Assembly (NCBI GenBank): GCA_000320545.1
Contig: ADNK01001995.1
Coordinates: 3,821-67,820 of the forward strand
Reading direction: 5' to 3'
Length of the DNA: 64,000 bases
Source of the DNA: Bigelowiella natans CCMP2755
Taxonomy: Eukaryota; Protista; Cercozoa
Shown: in pieces, positions 26,401-39,819 of the stretch
Layout: each line of letters opens with the position of its first letter
How positions within the stretch are numbered: position 1 is the stretch's first letter
Position numbers and translations under genes: made by a program
Notes under the pieces: generated by a model
What the model was told of the DNA's origin: nothing
Databases searched by the model: none
Seen by the model: the letters and a program-made list of their open reading frames with translations, nothing else

Positions 26401-27385
26401 GATGCACAGCAACACCAGCATGCACGCGCGCATGTAACATCAGTCACATCTAGCATGCGCCACAGTCATGCGATGCGCTGCCACACACTAGCTAGCTAGC
26501 CAGCTAGGCTAGGGCACACACACACGCATCATCGTGTCGCGTGTCAATGCAATGCTAGAACACGTGGCCTGCATGCATGCACGTACTCCCTGTCGAGCTA
26601 TGGACCCATGCGAGCGCCGCAACATCTGTCTAGATCGACATGCATGCAGCGCAGCTAGGTAGCACGTGCTAGTGTGCGCACGGAAGCTGCACATGCTAGC
26701 ATGCTAACATGATCGATGTGACCGCTGTCTAGCTGTGCATGTGCGTGCGACGTCCATGACACTTGCATTGTTCATTGCGTGTGTGCGCATTCCATCGCAC
26801 GCCACGCACTGCTGCAACATTCCCCGCGCGTGCACACGTGAAGTGCGCACGCGTCACAGTTGCTCCAATGATGTGTCGTGCGATGCAGGATGTCCGGATG
26901 CACGTTCACACAATCTGGACATCTAGACATGCAAAAGCAAACAGTGCAAGCTAGACCTACCTAGCTACGGATGGTGTGATGTCAACATCCACGCATCGCA
27001 GAACGATGCCAACAAAGTCGCATTCTCATGCACTAGCTCGATCACATTGACTAGTTGGCGCCATGCCAGCATGCCAGCATGCATGACAATGACCTTGCTG
27101 TTTGCAACACACAAAACCCACATCGCATGAAAAAGAGCTAAGAATGGATGAGTGCCGTGTTTCCAATGGTGCTGTGAGGGTGATTGGAAGTGCTAAGATC
27201 CACCTGAACCAACAAAATCACCAAGGAAAATGATGGGAGAAGGCAATGCATCGTGGATGGATTTTCTGTGTTGAATTTCAGGGTGGGGGGGAATTGGCGT
27301 GCTGATTTCTCGAGCGCGAAAACATGATTCAATCTCACCCTTCTGTTTCGAAAATGGTGCACTGAAAGAACAATCCAAAAAAATG
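26401..27385. other. TpA-depleted intergenic tract A
   Basis: Manual count ~26 TpA in ~985 bp: 17 CTAG, 7 CTA-/-TAG, 2 other; rich in GCATGC, TGCA, CTAGCTAG. Confidence 0.85.
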
Positions 27386-27680
27386 TCCATAAAATAAGCC
27401 GAAAACATCGTAAAAAATAGAGGATAAAATAATCAGTTTGGAGCTACGGATTTTAATCGCCACTGTGCAATGAGCTATTAGAGGTATCCGAAGCGAACGA
27501 TGCACGAAGGCGCTCACTAGCTAACAAAAAGTAAACGCGTGGATGAGGACCTGATGATGATGATGACAATGATGATGATGATGACAATGATGATGATGAT
27601 GATAACGACGACATCGACGGCGACAAACGATGGCATCACGTGCTTACTGCTTCTACTGAACCTTTTAGCTTCGAGACACT

Positions 27681-28888
27681 ATGGGTAGCAAATACAGTAC
27701 AGCACCTCGGATTTCCTCTTGGAAATACGATGCCGCTAATTCGGAGTGGATAGTACACAAATCAAAAAAGAGGAAGGAGGAAAAAAAACTGGTCCTTAAT
27801 GATGAATTCACCGTGCTGACGTACAACATATGGTTCGGCCGAGTGGAGCCGAAAGAGCGGTTTAAAGAAATTGGCGCAATGGTTGGGAAGTACGACCCGG
27901 ATGTTGTCATGTTCCAGGTATTATCACTTCGCAGATGGCCGCGACGTACAAGAAATTGCTCCCTTAACCGAAATCTTCACATCCTTTGTTTACTCTTTAA
28001 AAACTGAACGATGTCTTGTTAGAATCGAGAACTAAAATTGTGCTTTGCACGTTGTTTCCTATAAAGGAGGTGGAGAGCTGGATCATCAAATTGTTCCTTG
28101 CGCAGGAATGGGCTAAGCAGTACTACATTACTGATCCCGATGGGCGAACCATCGAGCGGTATGGAGTCATGATGTTCTCAAAAGTGCCCTTCTCAGAGGT
28201 GATTAACTATCCTTTTCCGGCGTCAAAGCTGGGGAGAAAGATGCTAATGGCAACAATCCCCACATCCTCTGGCCCGCCCCTCCTCGTTGGTACCTTCCAC
28301 CTCGACAGTTTCCCCAATATGAAGGCTGAGCGCAAGTCCGAAGTTGAGGACATGTGCGAGCTAGCGATGCCATTCAAGCGTGTGCTTTGTGCGGGCGACA
28401 CCAATTTTATAGGTATCTGTTACCTTAGTTAGCGACACTGAATATAGTATATGTCTCTTGCGGTGATATACGCGTGGCACGGCGGAATCTCGTGATTTAG
28501 CGAGAGTGCTTAGAGCGAGGATAGAGGGGGAGAGATGTAGGGCAAACCTGTCGTCTTTCCATCTTTAAACCGTGCGAACAATTAATTAGCGGACGAAGAG
28601 AAGCAAAACCTCGATAAAGGGAAGTTCCTCGACGTTTGGGAGACTTTAAAGCCAGATGAGCATGGAGCAACGTTCAGCACAAAGGACAACCTGATGACCC
28701 GAAAAAGTGCAGAGGGTCTCTATGAAGCTCACAATCGTATCGACCGGATGTGGTACACTCAAGGAACAATGAAGCCGTTAGATATAACGCTGATCGGAAC
28801 AAAAGCCATCCGAAACGATGAGTCTTCACCCCTCTGGCCTTCGGATCATTATGGCCTTGTTTCAAAGTTAAAATTTGCTAAAATGTAG
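27681..28888 (+). CDS. TDP2: Tyrosyl-DNA phosphodiesterase 2-like EEP-family nuclease, 3 exons
   Basis: VLTYNIWF, PDVVMFQ|EV, YGVMMFSK, SKLGRKML, TFHLDS, AGDTNF, RIDR, PSDHYGL. Confidence 0.85.
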
Positions 28889-29798
28889 TCGTTGGCATGG
28901 GTCGTTCACATCAGCACCTTATGCGGTTAAACGTTCACGAAAAGGATGAATGCCACACCATTCAACATGAAGGCCATACTTTATTCATAAAATAACGTGT
29001 GAGCTGATTTGATATCTTCATGTTTTGCGTGCTGTGTTTTGGCTCGAAGCTATTGCGCGTAAGCGACCACCCTGTATGCAGGGCATGTATGCATATGCAA
29101 ACAGGATGCGCGCAATGATTCTGACCAATCCACGATCATGACATACCAACCGCCTACTGCGCTTGCATACGCATAAATCAGATAAATTGCACATTATCGA
29201 GCAAGCCGATCATTGTCATAAAATAAGCACAGACATAAGCGAGCCAGTGTTCGGTTAATATATTTTATTTGTAATATATTGAAAGCATAATATTTCTCTC
29301 AGAATCCTTGGATTTAGCGGATTGCGAGCAAAAGATTTCTCAAAGTCGGTTGTTGGAGCATGGAATGGGAACCATAGACTTTGCCTCCAAATGATTACAG
29401 AGAATATATCCTATGTGATTTTTCCTAACTTAGGATAATTAATGTGGTGTATTCTCACTCACTGCTTGAGCAGGGAGACCATGAAATACCACGTCTAATG
29501 ATTGCTATATTGCTGGGAAATTGAAACATCACAATATCGATGAAGAACAGCTAGTGAAATTTTAATCAAAAAGACAATTAATTGCTCCCCTCGTCCTTTC
29601 ATATCCTGAAATTTGTAATTTTCTAATTCCAGGAAAGCTCGGATATTGCACAAAGACCCTAGCTATATTGTTGTTCTTCTCTATATATTCTACATTATAT
29701 GATGAATGTGAGAATCAACTTGCTCTAGAAACAATGCGACTCTTTTAATTGCTTAGAGTCGCCGTAGTGATACTCACGGATGAATTCCATGGCTTTCC

Positions 29799-30788
29799 TC
29801 ACTTGAATGCACTTTGTGGAGGTCCCTTCGATCCATCAGGAAGGTTGATTTTCTTTCCCTTCTTCACCAGTACAATTTTATCGAAGCGGAACATGTCATC
29901 GCGGTTCCAGACGTTGAGAATATGGTTGCCCTTTTTTAGTACCATCCGCGCAGGACTCGAGAATTCGTCCTTACGCTCCTTCTCCCAAATCCAGTGTTTG
30001 TAAGGGCGGAATCCCGACATGTTTGAGCCATTATCAGCTATCTTTCCGTTGAATCCGACGTGAACCCCGTTTGATTCTCCCCCAATCGCATATCCACGAA
30101 CGTAGACGATATACGTTCCTGGATTTGTGATTTTGATTCTGTAGTCAAGTCGGGCTCCAGAATTGTCCCGGGGGGACCTTGGACCCTTAGCGCTTTCCGG
30201 TCGCTCGTCAGGGAGGACATTCATGAATCCATTTCCGGTGAATCCCTTCTTATCTTTCTTGTATACCCATCGGTGCACTTTCTTGTATAGTTTGTACGTG
30301 GACTTCTTGCTTGCATGCCAGTTCTCAGCTTCGAAGCAAAGCACGCCGTTTTTCTCTCTGAATCGCTTGTTGCTTTTCTTTTGGGCTGCGGTCATCTGCT
30401 GGAGCTCTGGGACCGGGATAGGTTTTCCTAATTACGATAATGAATGGTGCTTAGCTAATAATGATGAGATGATATTCAAGACTACTAACACTACTAAGTT
30501 GATAGTAGAGGTCACAGATACTCAACGGTGGATTACGCAAAATACGACTTTGTTTTTGAAATGTGCAAGTGCCACCAGAAGTTGCATTTCGCTACCAGTC
30601 TCGTAGTCGATGTCGAAGGATATAATCTGATGGTCTTCATAGTCTTCAGGCAACTCATCGACTCCATACACGTAAGTCATGTTGAGTGAAGCATCCACTG
30701 CCACCTCTTTATCAGGAACAGCAGTTTTATTCTTCAAGTCAAACGCACAGGCAGATTGCAGAAGGGCCAGGACGAGGAATACGCGCAT
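29799..30788 (-). CDS. Secreted protein with bacterial-type carbohydrate-binding beta-sandwich (CBM6/35 or GH115 C-terminal-like), 2 exons
   Basis: Signal peptide MRVFLVLALLQSACA; CFEAEN...GFTGNGFM...ARLDYRIKITNPGTYIVYVRG...NGVHVGFNG...LKKGNHILNVWNRDDMFRFDKIVL. Confidence 0.7.
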
Positions 30789-30900
30789 GATTATTCAAGG
30801 AGCAGTTGAGGGGGATTAAAGATTCTGAGTGTGGTCGTTTGAGATGTGTGGAAGATGTTGTGCTTTAGAATGATGCATGGAGAAATATTAGTCATCCCCA

Positions 30901-32142
30901 GGAAACGCTGACTGCCGCTCGCGTGTTTGTACGCGTGCGCGCAGCTACGTGGACTGCGCGACGGTCAATCTGCAGCAAAATTGCATTCGGCGGAGCTGAG
31001 AATCATGTCTGAGGTGTCATGCATCGCACGCTTTGCACGTGCTCAATGATGCTTGATAGGTATCTGACTCTTTCAGGCCTGGACAACGGCTCTCCTGTCA
31101 ATTTCGTTGGTATTCCTCCAAGTTTTCTGCATGGCCATGTGGCTCGCTCATTGGCGGTCGTGGGAATGTCGCCGGGGCCAGGTCGACAGGGTTTCTTGGG
31201 CAGCAGCAGTCCGAACGAGAGCAGGGAAGGTCTGAAAAGCTCGCTCGCTCGGGTGGCTCATCACGTGGCTCAAAAAAAGTCTCCGCATTTTCAGTCACGT
31301 GCTCTGAACCAACTGTGCAAGCAATTCTCAGGAGAGAAAAAGGTCTCTCATTATTCATGCCCGTGGCAATGATGGATGCCCGTCGTTCGTTCGTTGTTCC
31401 TTGCATTAATTGTTTTCAGACAATGTCGTTGTCGCTCATCCTAATTTTCAGGCCGTTTCGCTAAGGAAGCGCAAAATGTGCTCCTGACATGCACGAAATC
31501 CTAGAAGGAACAATGTTTCGAAAATCCATGCCGTTTTGCACACTGCGCGAGTTGTGTGATGTTTCGGCACCATCAATCGGCATCCATGCCAATTTCATCC
31601 CTTGTTCCGTCTCCGGCATTTCAGATGAGTGGCCATGGTGTTCTCATCCCTTCACGCAGCCTTGGAGTGTGCCTCTGATGGGTTGCAGCTGATTTTTTGT
31701 GTCTCTTCACCTACAGGGTGCTGACAAGTCCTTGCAACGAGTGTTGTTGAGGCTCTGCTGCGTGCAAATGCCTGTCTCCCATGTGGTTCTGGCGCGTGTA
31801 GTTTTTGATCAACGCTTTGTTCATTGTTCATTGTTCATTGTTCGAAATTTTTGTCGTTTGCATGCAGCGGCATCGGTGCCTCGGTAGTTTCTGAACCATC
31901 GAGCTCGGCAGTTTCGATTCTTCCTTCCCTCTGCGACTCGTGCAACATCGGTGTGTTGAGATCTTTCACTGGAACAGATGAAATGATCAAATTCACATTC
32001 GTAGAACATGTGAGCAATGGCCTCCGCAACGAACAGACACGCACAACTTCCTCGATCAAGGGCTGTCCAGGTGTGCCACCTAGCCACAGCCAAAGCACCT
32101 GTTTGCCGCTGCCGTGGTCATCACATGGCAATTGAATGAACA

Positions 32143-32184
<42 letters not shown>

Positions 32185-32500
32185 CTGCACAACAATGGGA
32201 CACTCTAACACTCATGGACTTGCATGTCTGTGCACCAGTTGTGGATGCCATTCCCTAGTTGCATTTCCCACTCTTTCATTCACGTGACAACAGCTTTGTG
32301 TTCACATGCATGCGTGGCAGCAGCGCAGCCGCCACATCTGCAGACAAAGTGGATTTGTAGTGGCTAAACGATTGGTGCATGCACAATTTGAGAAGAAACG
32401 CCACAATGTCTGTGTGCTTGAGCTTGGCATGAAGCTGCCTGCGCGTGCACATGTCTGTGCAAATTCTCGAATCTCCCCATCTAAGTTCTGCATCGTTTCA
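30901..32500. other. TpA-depleted intergenic tract B (possibly a decayed repeat or pseudogene)
   Basis: 31420-32500: ~13 TpA, all in CTA or TAG context. Confidence 0.85.
31738..31842 (-). repeat. ~100 bp dispersed repeat, copy 1 (inverted relative to 46976-47075)
   Basis: Reverse complement aatgaacaatgaacaatgaacaaagcgttgatcaaaaactacacgcgccagaaccacatggg... matches copy 2 at >90%. Confidence 0.9.
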
Positions 32501-32712
32501 CTACTGTAACTAACATTTGTAATGATGTCATTTCATATCTGTAAATGTTGTTTGCTTAATCCTAATGTTGCAGTTGTTACATGGTTTTGGGAAGAATTTC
32601 CTCCATTGGGTAGGCCATAACTACTCTGCAGGAAGCCCACCGTACTTCTTCATTTCTTCCATTAATCTCAGTCTTTGTTAAGTGCGTTACTCTACATAAT
32701 GAGGTGTCTATT

Positions 32713-33421
32713 TCATAATTCATCTCTTCCAGCTGCAAAGCCTTCGTTATCGGTAGTCTCATGTTTGACCTCAAGATCTTGCTTAGGCCTCTGCTGCTGA
32801 TTTTTGGAATACGATGTCAGAATAACAATAAAATATTTTCTGCAAAAATGCCGATCTTTATGGGATCGTACTACCGTTTCTGCTCTCTGTTCTCCCATGT
32901 CCTCTTCGTCCTTCGCTGTTGCCCTTCCTGCCTTGGTCTTTTTCGCCTCTTCTACTGAGTGGCGGGCTTGGCCGGATGTTACTTTCCATTCATTATCTCT
33001 TTCCCCCAAGTATGTTTCAAATATGTTGTGTGTCTTCTCCGGGTCAATCTCCCCCGTCATTGGCGACCGCTGGAATCGATGAAAAGATACCTGACCGCAA
33101 TGCCATCTGTTGCATCTTTCAAATCATCCCTTCGCGCGAACATACACACATGCATACATTGTGCACACGTCGTATTACCGATGCGTAGTGCGCCAGTGCC
33201 GCTCGGTGGTAATTATTGGGCTCGGATTGATGAAAGCCACTTTCGTGGTGGGCAGGGATGCCTAGGTACTACGAAGATAACAGGAAAGGAAAATGGAGGA
33301 GGAGGAGGAGGAGAAAGGAGGAGGAGCAAGTCTTTATGTGATGCATGGATATACTACTAAAAGCTTCTTCCCATATAATGGTGGTGGTGATGATGATGAT
33401 GATGATGATGATATAGGACTG

Positions 33422-33463
<42 letters not shown>

Positions 33464-33604
33464 AACTCCGCTTACCTTCATCCACAAACCCAGTTGCATG
33501 TCGTCCGGGGTGTCGGGGTAGGGGCACACGCACCGAAGGCACTTGTTGCGCATTAGGATCTGGAGAGAGAGAGAGAGAGAGAGAATAATAAGAAGAGATA
33601 GATA

Positions 33605-33639
<35 letters not shown>

Positions 33640-35004
33640 GCGTAGGAATACCAAAAAAAGTAACAATGGAAATTTTATTCTCTCGAGGGGCTTTGACATC
33701 ATCGTCGTCAAGACGCAACTTACCGCCTGGGTTGAGAGCACAAGTCCGCCCCCCATGGTAATGTAATCATACCCCCGCCCCTCACTTGCACGGTGGGCAT
33801 ATCCATACCTGGCGCACGTAGTAAGAATACACGTGAACGATGTAACAGGGCAACAAAAGAGGCGGGGGAAAATAGTAGTGGAATTATATTAGCGCTTGTT
33901 CTATAAGATGATGGGTGTATACTGCAGCAGCTGGAGGCTAAAGTCTTATCGTCCTTTCACTATAAGCTATTATGCAAAGAGGATTGATCAAGCCCTCTCG
34001 AGGCCCATCCTCATTCCCTGTTATCATCCTCGGAAAGGCACCTTTCACCGATGTAAAGCGGCTGCGAGATGTCGTACGATTCCAAGACATTCATCAGACC
34101 CCTGCAGCACACACAACTTCCACCATCATTCGAACGACAGAAAATATGATGACGCAAGGATGTGCACAGAAAAAGACGATTTGGGCGAGTATCGACTCTC
34201 TACATGGACACGCGCGCCCGGAAGGTGAGGCAGCGACAGTGGGAGGAGCATATCAGACACCATTCTTCCCATTCTCTTGGGCAACCACTATATCATCATT
34301 ATCCTTCCCATTCTCTTGGGCAACTACTATCATCATTATCCTCACCACTGTTGTATCATCACACATTAACCTCCTCCTCCTCCTCCTCATCATCATCATC
34401 ATCATTCTACATTCTCAAACCCCACCCTCATTCACAATTAGGGTGCAAACCGGACTGATAGAAGCGTATCGTCGTCCACGATCACCAGCACCTTCCTGCT
34501 CTCAGAGTAGTACTTGATGAAATACCTTAAAAAATATCCAATGCCCATACCGGCGAGGGGCAGAAAAGGGAGGGGGACAAGTAAGGTTTTACGTATCAAG
34601 CAGATTGCTGATATTTTGATGAGAAGTGTGAGAGAGGTTACTGCCACCACATTTAACCCCCCCCCCCCCCCTCTTCCCCTCTTGGTCGTTCACTCCCTAT
34701 TCTGCTATGCTTCCTTCCATAGAGCGACTTTAGAATGGAGTCAGTTTTTGCGCAGTGGCCTTGCTTTTGATTGATTTCGATGCCATAGAGCTTCGTCAGG
34801 TCGACTACGTTAGGTACAAGAGTACATAGATGAATATGTATCAATTATGTATCTCAATATGATGTGTGTGCGTGTTTATCTTTGTGTATGTTCACACACA
34901 ACACACACTCGCGCAGTTCGGTGGGGAGGGGGAGAAGCTTATCGACCTCAACGCAACACCCTCCCCGCCATGACAGAAGATAATAAGAATCACTGGTTTG
35001 GCTG

Positions 35005-35046
<42 letters not shown>

Positions 35047-35585
35047 CCCCCCCCCTCTCCCTCACGCTGCTTCAAGCTATAACCGGTGCGGATGCCAGGT
35101 TCGGTGAGAGAGTGGTCTATCTCCTGATGTGCGTCGTCGCTTAAGTACACGACCTCCACGGGGGAGTCCTGTGCCCAGAGTGAGAAGATGAGAGGTAACC
35201 GAGACGTGTGGAACGACCTCGTCGTCTTCACAGCGATCAGAACATCCGAGGGAGAGACTTTCCTCTCGAATGACTCCGATGAAGATGACGATGATAGCCC
35301 CGCCGCCGCCGCCGCCTCGGCGCGAAAATCGCCACGGTTTACGGGCGAAGTGATGCAGTGTTGGAGCAGAGGTGGAGGGAGATCAGAGCGGGGGGAGGAG
35401 GAGGAGGAGGAGGAGGAGGAGGAGGAGGAGGAGGGGGGAAGTGAAGAGGGGCTAGAGTGAGGGTGTTTGAGGAGGCTATCCTTGTCGTCCTCAGTTACGG
35501 TTGATGAAGGAGGAGGAGGCACATGAGCGTCTCGAATACAGAAGCGAGGATGGTGCTCCAGCTGAGCCTGGTCCAGCATTTAACA

Positions 35586-35623
<38 letters not shown>

Positions 35624-35635
35624 ATTTAAATATTT

Positions 35636-35676
<41 letters not shown>

Positions 35677-36266
35677 CGTGCGCGTTCACGCACGTTTACT
35701 ATTCGCTTCTGATATTCGCTGCTATTCTCAGAGGAAAACCACCTGCAGCCTAGTCGAGAGGAACACCGCGAGTTCGTGCCCAACATCAATTTGGAAGTCA
35801 CTGCCGAGTCTGTGGGTCTTCAGGTAGGCCACGATTTTAGTCAGAAGACCGCTACTCATTACAAATCCGCTCGGAAGAAAAGGATATTGCACCCCTGCAA
35901 TTCAATCAACGATAGACGGGAGGAGGAAGAGGAGGAAGAGGAGGAAGAGGATTGAGAGGAGGAACGCGAAGAGAACGACGCAGATTGCTTAGGATGATAG
36001 CAAGGCGACCGAAAGCATCTATTCAGAACATCAAGCCTTTATTTTTGATTCAACGCGGTTTATCACCGCCGACACCCCCCCCCCATCGTTTCCTTCTTCC
36101 TCTCATCGGCACCGAGTTTGTAATGGTGCGTGATAGAGGGCTCGGTATCCTTGAGCAGATGGCCGATAAAATGGGGCGCGGCGGCATCACGCGATGCGAG
36201 CAACTCGGATGAAAGGGAAGACACATTAACCTGAGAAATGAAGCATTGTGATATATTTATGTATAT

Positions 36267-36345
<79 letters not shown>

Positions 36346-36533
36346 AGAGAGACTTTAGCGGCGTCCGGTAATTAGTTGTTGTTTGATAGGTTATCCGAAC
36401 CCTTGATTCTGGCTCCAGAAAAAGGTACCACTGTGCCGTTGTGTCTAACTCTGATATCGGTGCGAACCACGGCAGAAAAGTCCAGAAACTAGCATATATA
36501 TAACAGATAGACAGGGGTGGGACGAATGGAGCG

Positions 36534-36588
<55 letters not shown>

Positions 36589-37051
36589 TACATACATATT
36601 TATAGGGTTACCACCGCTGCCGACAACAATCACAACCTCGTCGCTTGTAAGTGTATTCAATCTCCCCTAGCTTCCCCTTCCCCTGTGTCTCCATCACACC
36701 TTGAATTGTCTACAAAGTCGGTGAGGCGTTTTATCCGCGACGGCTGCATGCCTTGCTCCCTTAGGTGCACAAGCTGCGCAGTCACGAGTGCATTGTCGGT
36801 AGGTGTATCCTGGTCTCGAATTAGAATCACTAGATGATCGGGGACGAGACCTTGTTCGGATAGGAGAACACACACACACATACACACACGCACGCACGCA
36901 CGCACGTACACATTGTTGCGCGAATGAAGACACTGGAAGTTCTCTTGTTGCTCTCTCATAACTCTTCGTAACCTGCGTTTGGCGCTCCAGTAGCTCTGCA
37001 GATAGCACAATGATCCAAACGGAGGAGAAGAACTAACAGCAACCCAGCCAT
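32713..37051 (-). CDS. B3GLCT: Beta-1,3-glucosyltransferase (B3GLCT/Fringe-like, GT31), multi-exon, signal peptide and C-terminal RDEL
   Basis: MAGLLLVLLLRL leader; VLIAVKTTRSFHTSRL, GHCAKT, IVDDDT (DxD), YDYITMGGGLVLS, CVCPYPDTPDDMQLG, SFH, ends GRDEL*. Confidence 0.85.
36269..36585. repeat. Intronic (TA)n and (GA)n microsatellites (representative of dozens in the window)
   Basis: Direct sequence; also (TA)n at ~16373, 20045, 33425, 42098, 60777 and many (CA)n, (GA)n, (GAG)n, (GAT)n runs. Confidence 0.95.
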
Positions 37052-37488
37052 TGAGGCGGGCTTCAACTCGGAGCGACCATGCCTGTTGTTCCGGAAGATC
37101 AGATGAGAGAGAATCTTTAGATCATTTGCCTATTTTAACAAATACCATAGCGGCATAAGCAGCTATTGTTCGTCCCAACGATGAGAGCCGCCTTTCCGTG
37201 TTTACAACGCGTGCTCGAATGTGGCAAGCTTGGGAGGGGCCATGAGCCAAATTTTGGCCAAAGGAAGCCGGAAAAATATCTTAGTAGTTTCTTCGATAGA
37301 TTATCCGCAAAAACTACCGAGGAAAGTATATCTATACAACCTGGAGCCAAAACGTACTCACAAAAGAATGTATTGGGAAACAATATATGCCGAAAACATC
37401 TATAATAGAGCATGTGCTGGTCTTTTGAGCCGACTGATACGCCTCAAAACCCAAACCAACGAGAGCGCGAGAACGTCGGGAAAAGAAA

Positions 37489-38073
37489 ATGGGGGCTCTG
37501 AAAGTGCTGGCCCTGGGCCTCTTCCTGGCTTCAACGCCCATAGTTATCCTCATTGTTTTTGGTTTGGGAGGTAGACGAGCATTATAAGTCTGCATGTCAT
37601 GTATGTTCTTAATAAACGCGTCAACCCCCACCCCAGCCATCGACAAAGAGGCGTGGGCGGTCAGAAACGGATACGCGTTCTCCACCGGCATGATCCTACT
37701 CTACCTGTATCCATTCGTGGAGCCAGGGCTGGGATCCATTTGGACGAGAATCGACAGGGCAACAATCGAATGGTGAACAACGTGAAAGCTGTAGCTAGAG
37801 AGATACAGAATTCAATGTGTGGAGCAAAGTTGGGCAAAGCATTACATGAGATTTGTCTTCTTTGCTATAGGATATGCTGGCACACATGCTTCACCCAAAT
37901 CGCGATCCAAATTCCGCACAACATATTTGCGAAATCCATCGGTGCAGCAAAGGGGACGATGGTTTCATGGCCCTTCTACTCTTATGGACTCTCCGATGCT
38001 CGGTGTGCAGTAAATATCATTAACACCTTAGTATATCTAACACTATATATACTTTATTTAATGTTTATTCATT

Positions 38074-38153
<80 letters not shown>

Positions 38154-38647
38154 CGCGCGCTTACATGTGCGTGCAGCTATGTGTCACTACATGAGGAAAA
38201 TTTTTATTTAAAAGAAAAATTAATGTGAGACACTAAGGTGAGTAACAATTTGTACATCATTTAAGGTGGTATGAATTTGAACCCGGGGTTCCTTTCATAG
38301 TAGAGCTAATCAATTGGAACGATGGATTGCTGGGCCTTTTGGTCTTTGCTGCCTTGATTCAATACTGGCGCTCAAAGCGACAAGATAGGGGCACAGTCGC
38401 ATTTCTAGTTATATCTACCATTTTCCGAGATGCAACTTTGTTTCGAGAGACAGTAGAGTACATGTACGACCATCACTACGGTGGATATCAGCATACGACG
38501 ACAAACGAACTGTATAGATCCCACGGAATTGCTATATTGTGGCTAATTAATGGTCTTTGGCTTGTGGCACCAATAATAACGTGTGTTTGGGGATGGAGAA
38601 AATTTTTTGTAGAGTTACCAGTGGTGGATCGCCTAAAAAATGACTGA
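37489..38647 (+). CDS. EBP/EXPERA-family ER membrane protein (sterol delta8-delta7 isomerase-like)
   Basis: Several TM segments; YSYGLSDAR|W, VELIN, LINGLWLVAP motifs typical of the EBP family. Confidence 0.7.
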
Positions 38648-39819
38648 GGCGTGCGTTTAAAATTTGAGTTGCATCTTGTACGTGACAAATTAGTTTTGGT
38701 TTCGAATACTGCTGCCAAAAGGCGCAAATTACGTACGGGCTCGTCTAAGCTCGTGTCTAAGCATGCATAGAGAAGAACTTTGCATGCATATGCGTGCATG
38801 TCATGTACTACGTGCGCTAATCATACATACAGTTTCGTGCGTGCAAAGGCAAAGAACATTCGAGCTCTACATTGTATCTACAAATATGCAAAGTGTTTGC
38901 CTATGCAGTACACCACAACGCTGTACACCTATTTGTGATCATGACATTTTGTTTTGCATGATCGAATTTGCCGGGAGTCATGAGCAAAAACAAAAAGCAC
39001 TTTGTTGTTGTTGTCTCCGCTCAAAAGTATATGACACATTACACGAGCTCATAATTTATTGTGTGAACGCGCACTGTGGTAAACTGACTTGGTTGGAGAG
39101 TAGCATGCTAGTATATCTATTGATCTTTGAGCTCAGATGAGCCATCATCACGTAACAAGAAGTAATACTATGGAAATTTACTTGTCAGTATTCTTGTATA
39201 AGCGATATCTGAACCTTTTTGAAGCAAATAATTCATCATTACTCTGAAACCGTCTTGAAATAATTGAAGAGGCTTTGAGTGAGTAGTCGCGACGAGGAAA
39301 GTTCGAATCGGTCTCTGCTTCTTCCTCACACCTAACATTGAATGGATTAAATTAATTACGAAATGACGGACTCGTGCAAACAGTAGGTTCACCGATACGT
39401 GTTTTAGTTTGGTTGAGAATGCTCCATCGAGGAGGAGGTTGGGCAAGCATCCGAATTGTCAGGAAATGATCTTTGCTACCAAGAAGGGATAAAAAGTGCT
39501 AAAAAGCATGCCATATACAACCAAACGACATGTTTCTTCCCTTGACGCAAAAAGGAACACGACGCCAATTCGGAGGGAAGATGCTTGACGCAAGAGCAAA
39601 ACATAGGAAACAACCGAGACACCCTTTTCTCGGCGCTCGGCAAAACAAAAGAACCCTACTTTTGCTTGGGTACTTTTTCGAATCCTCCAAGGGGAAGAAT
39701 TTCAACGTTTTCTTCGCCTACGACAAGTATTTACTTGAAAAATGTATCGATTTCGACGAGGGAAATATCTTTAAAAGTATGTGTTATTGCTGAGTGAGGA
39801 GCCAATTATTGATCCAGCC

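Noticed and set aside
27545-27625. (GAT)n run as a poly-Asp N-terminal exon of TDP2
   Set aside because: Flanked by stops in that frame and lies between GTAAAC and TTTTAG; more likely a 5'UTR intron.
30901-32500. ORFs in tract B (and the other tracts) as real genes or transposase/RT remnants
   Set aside because: No recognisable domain. ORFs are inflated because loss of TpA removes TAA stops and Tyr codons, giving Cys/His-rich translations.
34262-34343. ~40 bp tandem duplication
   Set aside because: Local intronic slippage with no further structure.
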